Sequence record: KC295538
Strand: one strand, 5' to 3'
Length of the DNA stretch: 64,000 nucleotides
Source: Escherichia phage PBECO4
Under the pieces are notes generated by a model that was not told where the DNA came from, did no database searches, and saw only the letters and a program-made list of their open reading frames with translations. Below are positions 17,937 through 25,912 of the stretch, in pieces. Made by a program: the position numbers and the translations under genes. The number at the start of each line of letters is the position of its first letter. The stretch's first letter is position 1.

Positions 17937-18419
17937 TTATGCTTCAACTTTGCGATGAGCTTCGATCCATTCCTCGCGAGTCATACCGCTTTCTTTGATA
18001 GCGTCCAGTACTACCGCAATGCAGTTACCGCGTACAGGAATCATATGTTCTTCCCCGTTATCAAGTACTACAGTAACACGTTCTTGAATCCATTTTTTAG
18101 GTTTAGATTCTGGCTTATCTTCACCATACTTAACCGCCAGGGCTTTATGTGCCATTTCTACAACTACTTCCAGATCCAATCCAGCCACCGCCGCCTGGAT
18201 ACTTTCGATTGTTGCTTGCAGTTCGGCTTCACGGGCTTTTTTCTGTTCTTCCAGTTCTGCTACCTTTTTGGCTTGCAGTTCTTTAGCTTCACTGTACGCA
18301 ATGTTAAAATTGTTGCGTACTGCTTTCATGGTATCGTTATCCAGGTCAGCCAACAATTCAGCAGCAATAACAGTATCGTTTGAAATCAGTGCTTTCAGGA
18401 ATGATTTTACATTAGCCAT
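17937..18419 (-). CDS. hypothetical protein (predicted coiled-coil segment)
   Basis: Track ORF trimmed to MANVKSF..; central AKELQAKKVAELEEQKKAREAELQ heptad-like stretch. Confidence 0.6.
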   Translation of the reverse strand: MANVKSFLKALISNDTVIAAELLADLDNDTMKAVRNNFNIAYSEAKELQAKKVAELEEQKKAREAELQATIESIQAAVAGLDLEVVVEMAHKALAVKYGEDKPESKPKKWIQERVTVVLDNGEEHMIPVRGNCIAVVLDAIKESGMTREEWIEAHRKVEA

Positions 18420-18623
18420 TTTATAAATCCTCAATTAAAGTTTAGTTTACGTTTATTAGTGTATCAAAGTTTTATCGACGTGTCCAGTTTTTCGTTCGAC
18501 TTACTGGCGGTCTACTTAGTGCTCCCCGTCTTGATGTAATACATTCTACGCCTTTTTGTGGTAATGTCAACTACTATTTTAAAACTATTTTTAAAGTATG
18601 CAGTACTACGATAATACAAAAAC

Positions 18624-18650
18624 AAAAAAGCCCACTGTTTAAGGTGGGCT
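18624..18650 (-). terminator. rho-independent terminator (minus strand)
   Basis: Second copy of agcccactgtttaaggtgggct with A-run. Confidence 0.6.
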
Positions 18651-18667
18651 AGTGATTCAGTACTATA

Positions 18668-18967
18668 TTATAAACAGTTAATTACTCCGGTGTGCGTTAC
18701 TTTCTCAGTATCCATAACCGTGACCGATCCACGCTTAGTACTTACATCGTAATAAATTGTCGTGCTACCTTTTTCGTCTTCTTCATGGAACGGGCCGCTT
18801 TTAAATGCTTCTGGCTGGATCTCTAAATCCTTTAAAACAATCTCGCCAGTACTTTCATCTGTCATCGCAACAGTGCACTGAATGAATTTTTCACTACTTA
18901 CATCTAACGACGCATTAACAGCGAAAGAGGAAACAGATAAAGCCAGGGCGATGATTGCAATTTTCAT
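18668..18967 (-). CDS. small secreted protein (signal peptide)
   Basis: MKIAIIALALSVSSFAVNA N-terminus. Confidence 0.6.
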   Translation of the reverse strand: MKIAIIALALSVSSFAVNASLDVSSEKFIQCTVAMTDESTGEIVLKDLEIQPEAFKSGPFHEEDEKGSTTIYYDVSTKRGSVTVMDTEKVTHTGVINCL

Positions 18968-19051
18968 TTGATTATCCTTAGTTACCAGGGGGAACCGCTC
19001 CCCCGTGCGATGTAAAATATTGTACAGTACTAAAAACTAATTGCAAGTACT
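18968..19051 (-). promoter_or_regulatory. sigma70-like promoter + 5' UTR hairpin
   Basis: agggggaaccgctccccct hairpin. Confidence 0.55.
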
Positions 19052-19288
19052 TTATGATTTTTTATAAAACATTTCGGCAGTAATATTTTTACCCGTTGGT
19101 TGTACTTTATCCAGAATTTTTTGATGCCCTGGCCGTCCAAATGAATATGATCCGTAAACCGTAAACCAGTAGTTACCCTCAGTGTTTACATGTACAGCAC
19201 AATAGGGAACGCCCCGCGATTCATCACCAATAAAGTGTGATACCGTTCCCGTTACATTAGCAGACGTTGATTTGATTTGTTCAAGCAT
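19052..19288 (-). CDS. hypothetical protein
   Basis: Track ORF. Confidence 0.55.
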   Translation of the reverse strand: MLEQIKSTSANVTGTVSHFIGDESRGVPYCAVHVNTEGNYWFTVYGSYSFGRPGHQKILDKVQPTGKNITAEMFYKKS

Positions 19289-19397
19289 TTTCTTATTCCT
19301 TAGTTACCAGGGGGAACCGCTCCCCCTATGCAAAACATTATACGCGTTTAAAAACTAATAGCAAGTATTTTAATAAAAAGTATTTGAAAAATAATTG

Positions 19398-19426
19398 TTG
19401 ACAACTGCATCCAGTACTGGCATAAT
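19398..19426 (+). promoter_or_regulatory. + strand sigma70-like promoter (TTGACA-N17-CATAAT) driving a short noncoding transcript
   Basis: ttgaca 19398..19403, cataat 19421..19426; downstream box ctaacccaccgggtgc; no + strand ORF. Confidence 0.45.
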
Positions 19427-19500
19427 TACTACATCAAGACGAAACAGTCACTAACCCACCGGGTGCCGAGATCCGTCTATTAAATGATTCAGTACTTAAC

Positions 19501-19524
19501 AATAAAGGGGATCAATCGATCCCC
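19501..19524 (-). terminator. hairpin terminator (minus strand; may also stop the + strand transcript)
   Basis: ggggatcaatcgatcccc with flanking A/T runs immediately 3' of gene 19531..19752. Confidence 0.5.
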
Positions 19525-19530
19525 TATGTA

Positions 19531-19752
19531 TTACTTAGTAAGGTATAAACAGAAGTCACCTTTATTTGCTACGCCGCCAGTGTAACGCGATGAATAGTTA
19601 GAAACGTCCTGGACTTCTGCTATTACCAGTGTATCATCATTCAATTCGTCGCAGAAGCAAACGGCTGGATCTTTTACGCCGATCTTGTCGGCATGTTCCC
19701 GCATAGATTTAACCAGTGCTTCCAGTTGAGAAAGAGTAGTGATATTAGCCAT
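19531..19752 (-). CDS. hypothetical protein
   Basis: Track ORF trimmed to ATG 19752 (MANITTLSQ..). Confidence 0.55.
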   Translation of the reverse strand: MANITTLSQLEALVKSMREHADKIGVKDPAVCFCDELNDDTLVIAEVQDVSNYSSRYTGGVANKGDFCLYLTK

Positions 19753-19836
19753 TGTATTTTCCTCATTACCAGGGAGAACCATTTCTCCCCTCTATGTAAA
19801 CTATTATACAGTACTGAAAACTAATTGCAAGTACTT
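19753..19836 (-). promoter_or_regulatory. sigma70-like promoter + 5' UTR hairpin
   Basis: gggagaaccatttctcccc hairpin. Confidence 0.55.
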
Positions 19837-20025
19837 TTAATTAAATTCCATAAAATCATTCTCAACGTGCACAACAATTTGATTGTTTTTAAAGTCCGCA
19901 GCGAACTCGATGCAATCATAAACCGCTTTTTGTGTTACAATGCTATGAGTACCAATCGGATTAATAGGGGATTGAATTGTTTCAATCTCGTTCCCTTGCT
20001 CATTAACAATTAAAATATTAAACAT
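19837..20025 (-). CDS. hypothetical protein
   Basis: Track ORF. Confidence 0.5.
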   Translation of the reverse strand: MFNILIVNEQGNEIETIQSPINPIGTHSIVTQKAVYDCIEFAADFKNNQIVVHVENDFMEFN

Positions 20026-20081
20026 CGCTGTTACTCCTGGGTAGTGTTAACTCGATATAAAGTATTATACGCCTTTATTGC

Positions 20082-20324
20082 TTAGTGTCCAGTACTTTTT
20101 AAAACATATTCATAAACACTACGCACATCATTGATCATCGCCTGGCGGTTAGCAGGTAACGCACCAGGATCGCCACTATCCCAGGCATTGATAAAACTCC
20201 CCAAATCATGAAAGATTTTATTCTGTAAGCCGATTAACTGCAATTCTTTTTCTTCAAGCTCTTTGATACGGTCAATTAAAAGACTCATTAGATAATCCTC
20301 AGTACTTAATTGTAAGATCCGCAA
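20082..20324 (-). CDS. hypothetical protein
   Basis: Track ORF. Confidence 0.5.
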   Translation of the reverse strand: MRILQLSTEDYLMSLLIDRIKELEEKELQLIGLQNKIFHDLGSFINAWDSGDPGALPANRQAMINDVRSVYEYVLKSTGH

Positions 20325-20632
20325 CGGTTACAATAGTGCCCGTCTTCCTCGTCATCGTCAACGAATTGACCGACGAAATTATCTACTTTCTCTTTGAGAT
20401 TCTGATAATTGTTTTCAACTTCCTTTAGACGTTCCTGGTAGTATTCCAGGGCTTGCACATACGCCGCCTCAGCCGTTTTCGCTCTTAAGGCTAAATTCAT
20501 GCCACGCGTTTCATCGTACATCCAAAAGCCATCGGTGCACTCACTGATTGACAATGATTTGGTTAACACTTTATAGTCAATTACTTTGCTCATTAGATAA
20601 TCCTCAGTAAAGGCGGGAACCACACCCGCCAT
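20306..20632 (-). CDS. hypothetical protein
   Basis: Track ORF; C-terminal CNRC. Confidence 0.5.
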   Translation of the reverse strand: MAGVVPAFTEDYLMSKVIDYKVLTKSLSISECTDGFWMYDETRGMNLALRAKTAEAAYVQALEYYQERLKEVENNYQNLKEKVDNFVGQFVDDDEEDGHYCNRCGSYN

Positions 20633-20649
20633 TGATTCAGTACTGAATG

Positions 20650-20889
20650 TTACATTCCAACCATTGCAGCACGGATCGCCGTAGTGCTATACTTGAATCC
20701 GTCCGGTGTTGTAGTAGTACCGTTGGCTTTTAATCTGCGGTACATACATTGGGCCGCAATATCTTTAGTTTTACATTGTGCGATGCAACTTTGAGCAAGC
20801 CGATATAATGACTCACCGTTATTAATCCACAATGAAACATTCCAATGAGTTTTGTTTTTGTGCCCGTTGTAAGTTTTAGTAGTAGCCAT
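20650..20889 (-). CDS. hypothetical protein, paralog of 22698..22937
   Basis: Shared GHKNKTHWNVSLWINN..LYRLAQ and C-terminal TPDGFKYSTTAIRAAMVGM. Confidence 0.6.
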   Translation of the reverse strand: MATTKTYNGHKNKTHWNVSLWINNGESLYRLAQSCIAQCKTKDIAAQCMYRRLKANGTTTTPDGFKYSTTAIRAAMVGM

Positions 20890-20985
20890 TTTTAAATCCT
20901 CGTTTAATTGAGCGGGAGAACCATTCCCCCGCCTCGATATAAAGTATTATACGCTTTTAAACTTAGTTTGCAAGTACTTTTTAAA
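20890..20985 (-). promoter_or_regulatory. sigma70-like promoter + 5' UTR hairpin
   Basis: gcgggagaaccattcccccgc hairpin. Confidence 0.55.
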
Positions 20986-21597
20986 TTAATATGCGATTGA
21001 TTCTACTACGTCATCAATAACATTGAATTGATACTCGTTACCCTCGATCAGTGCCGTGATGTTCTCAGTAGTGAATTGATCCTCATATGCATTCTCTAAA
21101 TCACGGTACAACTTGCGGGACAATTCACGAATAGTATCAGTGAGTAGTTCCTCAAGCTCATTAACTAACGTTTCTTGTTTTGCGGTTAAATCAGTGTAAG
21201 CCGATTCAATGTACCCGCTTACAGTATTCTCATGCGAGTAGTGGGAGTGCGAACGCTTTACACTCATCGCCAAATCATCTTCATTCAGCAAGTGACGGAT
21301 TGAGCGATACTTAGTTAATGCTCTTACCTTGCGTAAAAACTTCACTGCGTCAACGTGGTCAGTACTGATTGATGCACCGTCACCCTGGGACCAAAAACCA
21401 CTGAATTGTATTTCAGCTTCATTAATGCCATATTCCGGTAGTACTGTTTCTTTATAGTATTCAATTTCACTTTCAGAAAAATAATTGTCGTTTGAGTTTT
21501 TTTCACGTTCCCGAACCAGTTCGATAGCTGACGTTTGTTGTTCTGCGTTCAATTCAGAAAAATCCATAACGAAAGTAGTAGTAGTGATAGTTTTCAT
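20986..21597 (-). CDS. hypothetical acidic protein (203 aa)
   Basis: Track ORF. Confidence 0.6.
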   Translation of the reverse strand: MKTITTTTFVMDFSELNAEQQTSAIELVREREKNSNDNYFSESEIEYYKETVLPEYGINEAEIQFSGFWSQGDGASISTDHVDAVKFLRKVRALTKYRSIRHLLNEDDLAMSVKRSHSHYSHENTVSGYIESAYTDLTAKQETLVNELEELLTDTIRELSRKLYRDLENAYEDQFTTENITALIEGNEYQFNVIDDVVESIAY

Positions 21598-21819
21598 TTT
21601 GTAACCCTCATTCAGTAGTTGATGTAAGTATTATACGCTTTTAAAAACATTTGTCAAACTATTTTATCAGGGGAGTTTTTCGTGTGCCTTACTCCTGGGC
21701 TACTTAACGGGAAGTTACTTATTTCGTTCCCCGTCCTGATGTAAAACATTATACGCCTTTAAACATAGTTTGCAAGTACTTTTTAAAAATAGTTTTCAGT
21801 ACTGAATATTAAAAAAGTA

Positions 21820-21848
21820 TTGACAGCATTATCAAGTACTGGCATAAT
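21820..21848 (+). promoter_or_regulatory. + strand sigma70-like promoter (TTGACA-N17-CATAAT) driving a short noncoding transcript
   Basis: ttgaca 21820..21825, cataat 21843..21848; downstream ctaacccaccgggtgc box then atagatacactcccgcaccctatgggct box. Confidence 0.45.
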
Positions 21849-22022
21849 ATACCACATGACAACAGCTAACCCACCGGGTGCACAATTGTAACTATACTAA
21901 ACTAATTTTTCTATAGATACACTCCCGCACCCTATGGGCTACGGCTTATCTGCCAATGAATACATTATGCCAGTACTGACAAAATAAGTCAATACCGGCA
22001 ATTGTAAAGATTTGTAAACTAC

Positions 22023-22253
22023 TTATACTGCAATCGCGTCCAGGCTATAATAATAATAAGTGCCGTATTGGTGTACTTTATTACCTTTTATTTCAGTACT
22101 GAATGAATCCGAACGATTTGCATATGATGTTAATTTAAAGTACTTTGATTTGCTGATACGTTGCCATACACCACAGATCCGCTGTAAGTAAGTAGTTTTA
22201 TTCGTGGTAGTATCTTTTACGGTTTTAACTTCAGTCATATACATATTAGTCAT
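22023..22253 (-). CDS. hypothetical protein
   Basis: Track ORF. Confidence 0.55.
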   Translation of the reverse strand: MTNMYMTEVKTVKDTTTNKTTYLQRICGVWQRISKSKYFKLTSYANRSDSFSTEIKGNKVHQYGTYYYYSLDAIAV

Positions 22254-22340
22254 TTTTATTACTCCAGGTTATAGGCGGGAAGAGTTCCCGCTCTCGATGT
22301 AAAACATTATACGCCTTTAAACATAGTTTGCAAGTACTTT
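22254..22340 (-). promoter_or_regulatory. sigma70-like promoter + 5' UTR hairpin
   Basis: gcgggaagagttcccgc hairpin. Confidence 0.55.
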
Positions 22341-22607
22341 TTATTCAAGTACTGCAATCTTTTTAGTACGGTACACGGTCACGCGGTTGCCCTTTCGGTC
22401 GAGCTTTATTTCTACCACTCGACGCGATACACTATCGGGACTTTTTAAGGCCGCTAACCAGTACTGTAATGATCTGGCTGTACTACGCTTTACAATGGCC
22501 CAACGTTTACCACGTTCCGATTGTACGCCCATATCTTTAAACGTTGCCCCGTCCTGGCGTGCGGCGATCCGAGCTTGTTCACGCGTCGCAAAATACTTAA
22601 TATTCAT
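22341..22607 (-). CDS. hypothetical protein, paralog of 9448..9843
   Basis: Trimmed to ATG 22607 (MNIKYFATREQARIAARQDGATFKDMG..). Confidence 0.6.
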   Translation of the reverse strand: MNIKYFATREQARIAARQDGATFKDMGVQSERGKRWAIVKRSTARSLQYWLAALKSPDSVSRRVVEIKLDRKGNRVTVYRTKKIAVLE

Positions 22608-22697
22608 GCTGTTGCCCTTATCGTTGGTGTATGAATAAAACACTATTATAAAGTACTATCGCAAAAAATGATAGTACTTTAAATAAATTCTATTCTA

Positions 22698-22937
22698 TTA
22701 CATTCCAACCATCGCCGCACGGATCGCAGTAGTGCTATACTTAAAGCCGTCCGGTGTTTTATCTTGTCCAGTCTGTTCTAAAAATAGCATCATATGACGG
22801 GCCGCATCATTACGATTAGTATTGGCGGCAATAAAGTCCTGGGCCAACCGATACAATCCCTCATCGTTATTAATCCAAAGGCTTACATTCCAATGAGTTT
22901 TGTTTTTGTGACCTAAGAACATTTTTGATTTAGCCAT
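22698..22937 (-). CDS. hypothetical protein, paralog of 20650..20889
   Basis: Trimmed to ATG 22937 (MAKSKMFLGHKNKTHWN..). Confidence 0.6.
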   Translation of the reverse strand: MAKSKMFLGHKNKTHWNVSLWINNDEGLYRLAQDFIAANTNRNDAARHMMLFLEQTGQDKTPDGFKYSTTAIRAAMVGM

Positions 22938-23019
22938 TTTTTTAATCCTCTTATATAGTGGGGAACTATTCCCCACCTGATGTAAAGTATTATACGCTTT
23001 TAAATTTAGTTTGCAAGTA
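22938..23019 (-). promoter_or_regulatory. sigma70-like promoter + 5' UTR hairpin
   Basis: gtggggaactattccccac hairpin. Confidence 0.55.
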
Positions 23020-23253
23020 CTATTTTTTCAGTACTGGTAAACCTTTGATCTCACCTGGCTGTACTTCCTCAAAGGCGACCGCCATCATACGGCTATCATC
23101 TTCCTTACATTCTTCCATCGCATCACAAAAATGATTAATAACGTCCGGTGCAACGTCAACCACATCAAACAAGCCAACCTCAGTGCAACGGCTTAAAGCG
23201 TTTAATAGGTCAGTCAGTGCAACGGATTGAGAAACAGTTAAAATAGTACTCAT
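23020..23253 (-). CDS. hypothetical acidic protein
   Basis: Track ORF. Confidence 0.55.
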   Translation of the reverse strand: MSTILTVSQSVALTDLLNALSRCTEVGLFDVVDVAPDVINHFCDAMEECKEDDSRMMAVAFEEVQPGEIKGLPVLKK

Positions 23254-23347
23254 ACAATTAATCTCTTAATTATAGTGGGGAACTATTCCCCACCTGATGT
23301 AAAACATTATACGCTTTTAAACTTAGTTTGCAAGTACTTTATTAAAC
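23254..23347 (-). promoter_or_regulatory. sigma70-like promoter + 5' UTR hairpin
   Basis: Same hairpin as 22938..23019. Confidence 0.55.
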
Positions 23348-23710
23348 TTATTTGTAAATTTTGCCACTGTCAGCCCATACCAGGAAACGAGGCATATTAT
23401 CCCATGCATCTTGTTTTAAATTTAAACCGTGCAATTCCTCAGTAGTTGCCATCCCTGGTACTGGCTTACTACACACCGCGAAATTTTCGCCCATATACTG
23501 ATAAACCATCGTCAAATCATTTGAGATCATCTTATGGATCATCGCATCAAGCATCACGGTAGCGGCGTATTGTTCACGCTTAAGCGGCAGCATTTTAATC
23601 AGTTCGCGGTATGCGTCAATGTGAGTTTTAACCGTTGCCGCCGGAAGATCTTTCATCTCGTCGCGGAAGTTAACCAGGTTAGCAATAATTTTGGTGATTT
23701 GAGTTGCCAT
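23348..23710 (-). CDS. hypothetical protein
   Basis: Track ORF trimmed to ATG 23710 (MATQITKIIA..). Confidence 0.6.
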   Translation of the reverse strand: MATQITKIIANLVNFRDEMKDLPAATVKTHIDAYRELIKMLPLKREQYAATVMLDAMIHKMISNDLTMVYQYMGENFAVCSKPVPGMATTEELHGLNLKQDAWDNMPRFLVWADSGKIYK

Positions 23711-23800
23711 CGTTTTAATCTCTCTTAAAGTGTAGCGGGAACACTTCCCGCTCTCGATGTAAAACATTATACGCTTTTATCAGTACGGTGCAAGTACTTT
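23711..23800 (-). promoter_or_regulatory. sigma70-like promoter + 5' UTR hairpin (last unit before noncoding hub)
   Basis: gcgggaacacttcccgc hairpin. Confidence 0.55.
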
Positions 23801-23825
23801 CTACAAATACTTTTAAAATAGTTTT

Positions 23826-23917
23826 CTTTCTATATAGGAGTACTATTATTCAGTACTGAATCAATCCAGGGGAACTATCTTTCTATATAGGAGTACTATT
23901 ATTCAGTACTGAATCAA
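23826..23917. repeat. 39-bp direct repeat x2
   Basis: ctttctatataggagtactattattcagtactgaatcaa at 23826..23864 and 23879..23917. Confidence 0.7.
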
Positions 23918-24069
23918 CCAAATCACTACTACACCCCATAAAACGGCCTCAGACGCATTCTAACGCATTAATACACCTAAGCTATACATTTGCACCACTC
24001 CCAACAATCCAGGGCGTTACGGGCCGTTTAAACGCGTTAAATTATTTTCAATTATTTTGTTTTTAGGTA

Positions 24070-24097
24070 TTGACTTGATCCTGAAAAAGCGTATAAT
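24070..24097 (+). promoter_or_regulatory. + strand promoter (TTGACT-N16-TATAAT)
   Basis: ttgact 24070..24075, tataat 24092..24097; downstream gggtgcgg ... ccgcaccc long-range inverted repeat. Confidence 0.45.
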
Positions 24098-24284
24098 TAC
24101 TACATAGACGCGAGAAAGCGGAAACCCCAGAGGGTGCGGAATTACGCCCAAAATTCAAGATATAAAAAAAGGATACACTCCCGCACCCTAGCAGGTAAAC
24201 GCACTTTCTCAGTACTGAATTATAGTACCATAGTCCGGCCCAGGATGGCAAGCAAATTAATTAAAACTTTTTTCATCCAGGGTA

Positions 24285-24312
24285 TTGCTTTATTTTTCCA
24301 GTACTGTATAAT
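24285..24312 (+). promoter_or_regulatory. + strand promoter with TTGCTTTA box upstream of TATAAT (resembles a T4 MotA-box middle promoter)
   Basis: tattgctttat 24283..24293, tataat 24307..24312; downstream cccaccgggtgc box. Confidence 0.35.
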
Positions 24313-24533
24313 AGTTCCATCAAGTCGAGAAAGACTCAAGCCCACCGGGTGCATAGTTACGCCCAAAATTCAGTACTGAAAAAATTTTTAAAAATATCCG
24401 TCCAGGCCGTTGACATTGCCCCCAGTTTATAAGATAATGATTCCAGATTCAGAAAAATCTAACTCCAGATACTGCGGGGAAACTATCCCCACGCGGTAGG
24501 GGAACTATTGGAAAAAACAAAATAAAATTTTGA

Positions 24534-24680
24534 TTTAGCCGTCTATACTTCCAGACGTGTAACCATCTAGCCGTTTAGCCGTCCAAACGTCTAGCCATCC
24601 AGCCATCCAGAAATCTAGCCGTTTAGCCGTCTAGATGGATAGCCATCTTTACTTCCAGACTTCTGGAGGGCTAGACATAT
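24534..24680. repeat. iteron-like cluster of ~8 short direct repeats (TAGCCGT/TAGCCAT) flanked by tacttccagac repeats
   Basis: ctagccgtttagccgtc, ctagccatccagccatccag, ctagccgtttagccgtctag; tacttccagac at ~24546 and ~24651. Confidence 0.6.
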
Positions 24681-25705
24681 CTACGTCCAAAATCCACCCA
24701 GGGTAACTACGCCCAAAATCCGTCAGTACTATACCATAGATCTATCTTTTGAAAGGGAGTATTCAGTACTGCCACAATAGCCCTCACTATGTTACCCTAG
24801 GAGGATGAAGACTATCATGTAGTACTGAATACTGTTAGAGGGAATCCACCAGCTTGTGCTGGTGGCATAATGCTTTAGATTAAAATCAGTACTGACACCA
24901 TTCTGTTAATATCAGTACTGTTATTACGATTTTCATATGAGGTTCAAAAAGATGTACCACCACAGGAGGAACTATCTTTTCTGTACTGTCTCACGACAGG
25001 AGGTAGAGTAAATGAATTGTTCGCAGCAACTCATCACCCTATGTAGAACATTATACAGTACTGAATCATAATGTCAATAGCTTTCTTTCATTATTCAGTA
25101 CTGATATTCTTGAGAACTACCCGACTACAAACATCATTATATCCCACAAATCATAAACGTCCCAACGTAAATTTCAACTTTCGAAGATCCAACTTTTATT
25201 TCATAGGTACTCCAAAATTTTTAGGATCGAGATTTAGGATGGAGTACTAACCAACTTTTTGCTGGAGCCTCAAGGGGTAATGGAATTTTACCCCGAAGGG
25301 TAAAGGGGTAATTGAAATTAAGGTGAAAGTAATAATTCAGTACTAATCATTGCGTGATTACTTTTGATTACATTTGATGTAATTTGAAAAATGGAAAAGG
25401 AGCTTGGAAACTACAAAGTACGGCAGACTTCCTCTGCCTACTTAGTGGCATATCAGTACTGAATCCTTCCCGTGCATTCTTGAGCATTCTTGTCTATACT
25501 AATCAGTACTGAATCATATATAATCATTCTGTGATTCTACGGTGCTCATATAAATGTTTATATATGATTACTTATGACTACCTATGATTACGGGGTTTAG
25601 CCTGGGGAGAATCCTAGTGATCGCATTTGTCCAGGCTGAATTTTAACAATTCGCCTGTACATAAAGGTTGTTCACTAGGAGCTTCCCCTGTCTACTTGTG
25701 TTTAA

Positions 25706-25897
25706 TTACTTCCTATATATAAGCATTAAGATATAGTAGTACTGATTATACTGTACATTCTCTTTAATATTATAAGGGTCTATAGCAATCTCGGTACATC
25801 TGTTAAATGCATATCTATTAAATGCCAGTGGAATTATAGATCTAATCCATACTTGTTCATTTTCTTTTAGTTTACTTATATAGAAGTTTTTATACAT
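25706..25897 (-). CDS. small protein, family B tandem paralog
   Basis: ~60 aa; N-term M.KEFY-like, C-term hydrophobic ..LIYRK; one of ~17 tandem copies. Confidence 0.55.
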   Translation of the reverse strand: MYKNFYISKLKENEQVWIRSIIPLAFNRYAFNRCTEIAIDPYNIKENVQYNQYYYILMLIYRK

Positions 25898-25912
25898 AGT
25901 ATTCTCTATTAA

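Noticed and set aside
1269-18383. + strand track ORFs inside the minus-strand gene blocks (e.g. 1269..1460, 2584..2781, 3353..3565, 5114..5398, 6940..7284, 12065..12475, 16944..17378, 17934..18383)
   Set aside because: Each lies antisense to a better-supported minus-strand gene, lacks an SD and promoter, and has low-complexity composition; treated as shadow ORFs
7777-23767. N-terminal extensions such as MFYIERGKRF.. and MVLPDNEET.. on track ORFs
   Set aside because: These translate the promoter -10 and hairpin (atgttttatatcgagaggggg..); genes trimmed to the first ATG with an SD
5299-23800. CRISPR array as explanation for the repeated promoter/hairpin units
   Set aside because: Repeats are irregularly spaced at 200-600 bp, separated by protein-coding genes, and carry promoter and SD features; no uniform repeat-spacer periodicity
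23801-25705. tRNA or other structured RNA genes in the noncoding hub
   Set aside because: Scanned for T-loop and anticodon-arm patterns and found none; the repeats are better explained as protein-binding or origin elements
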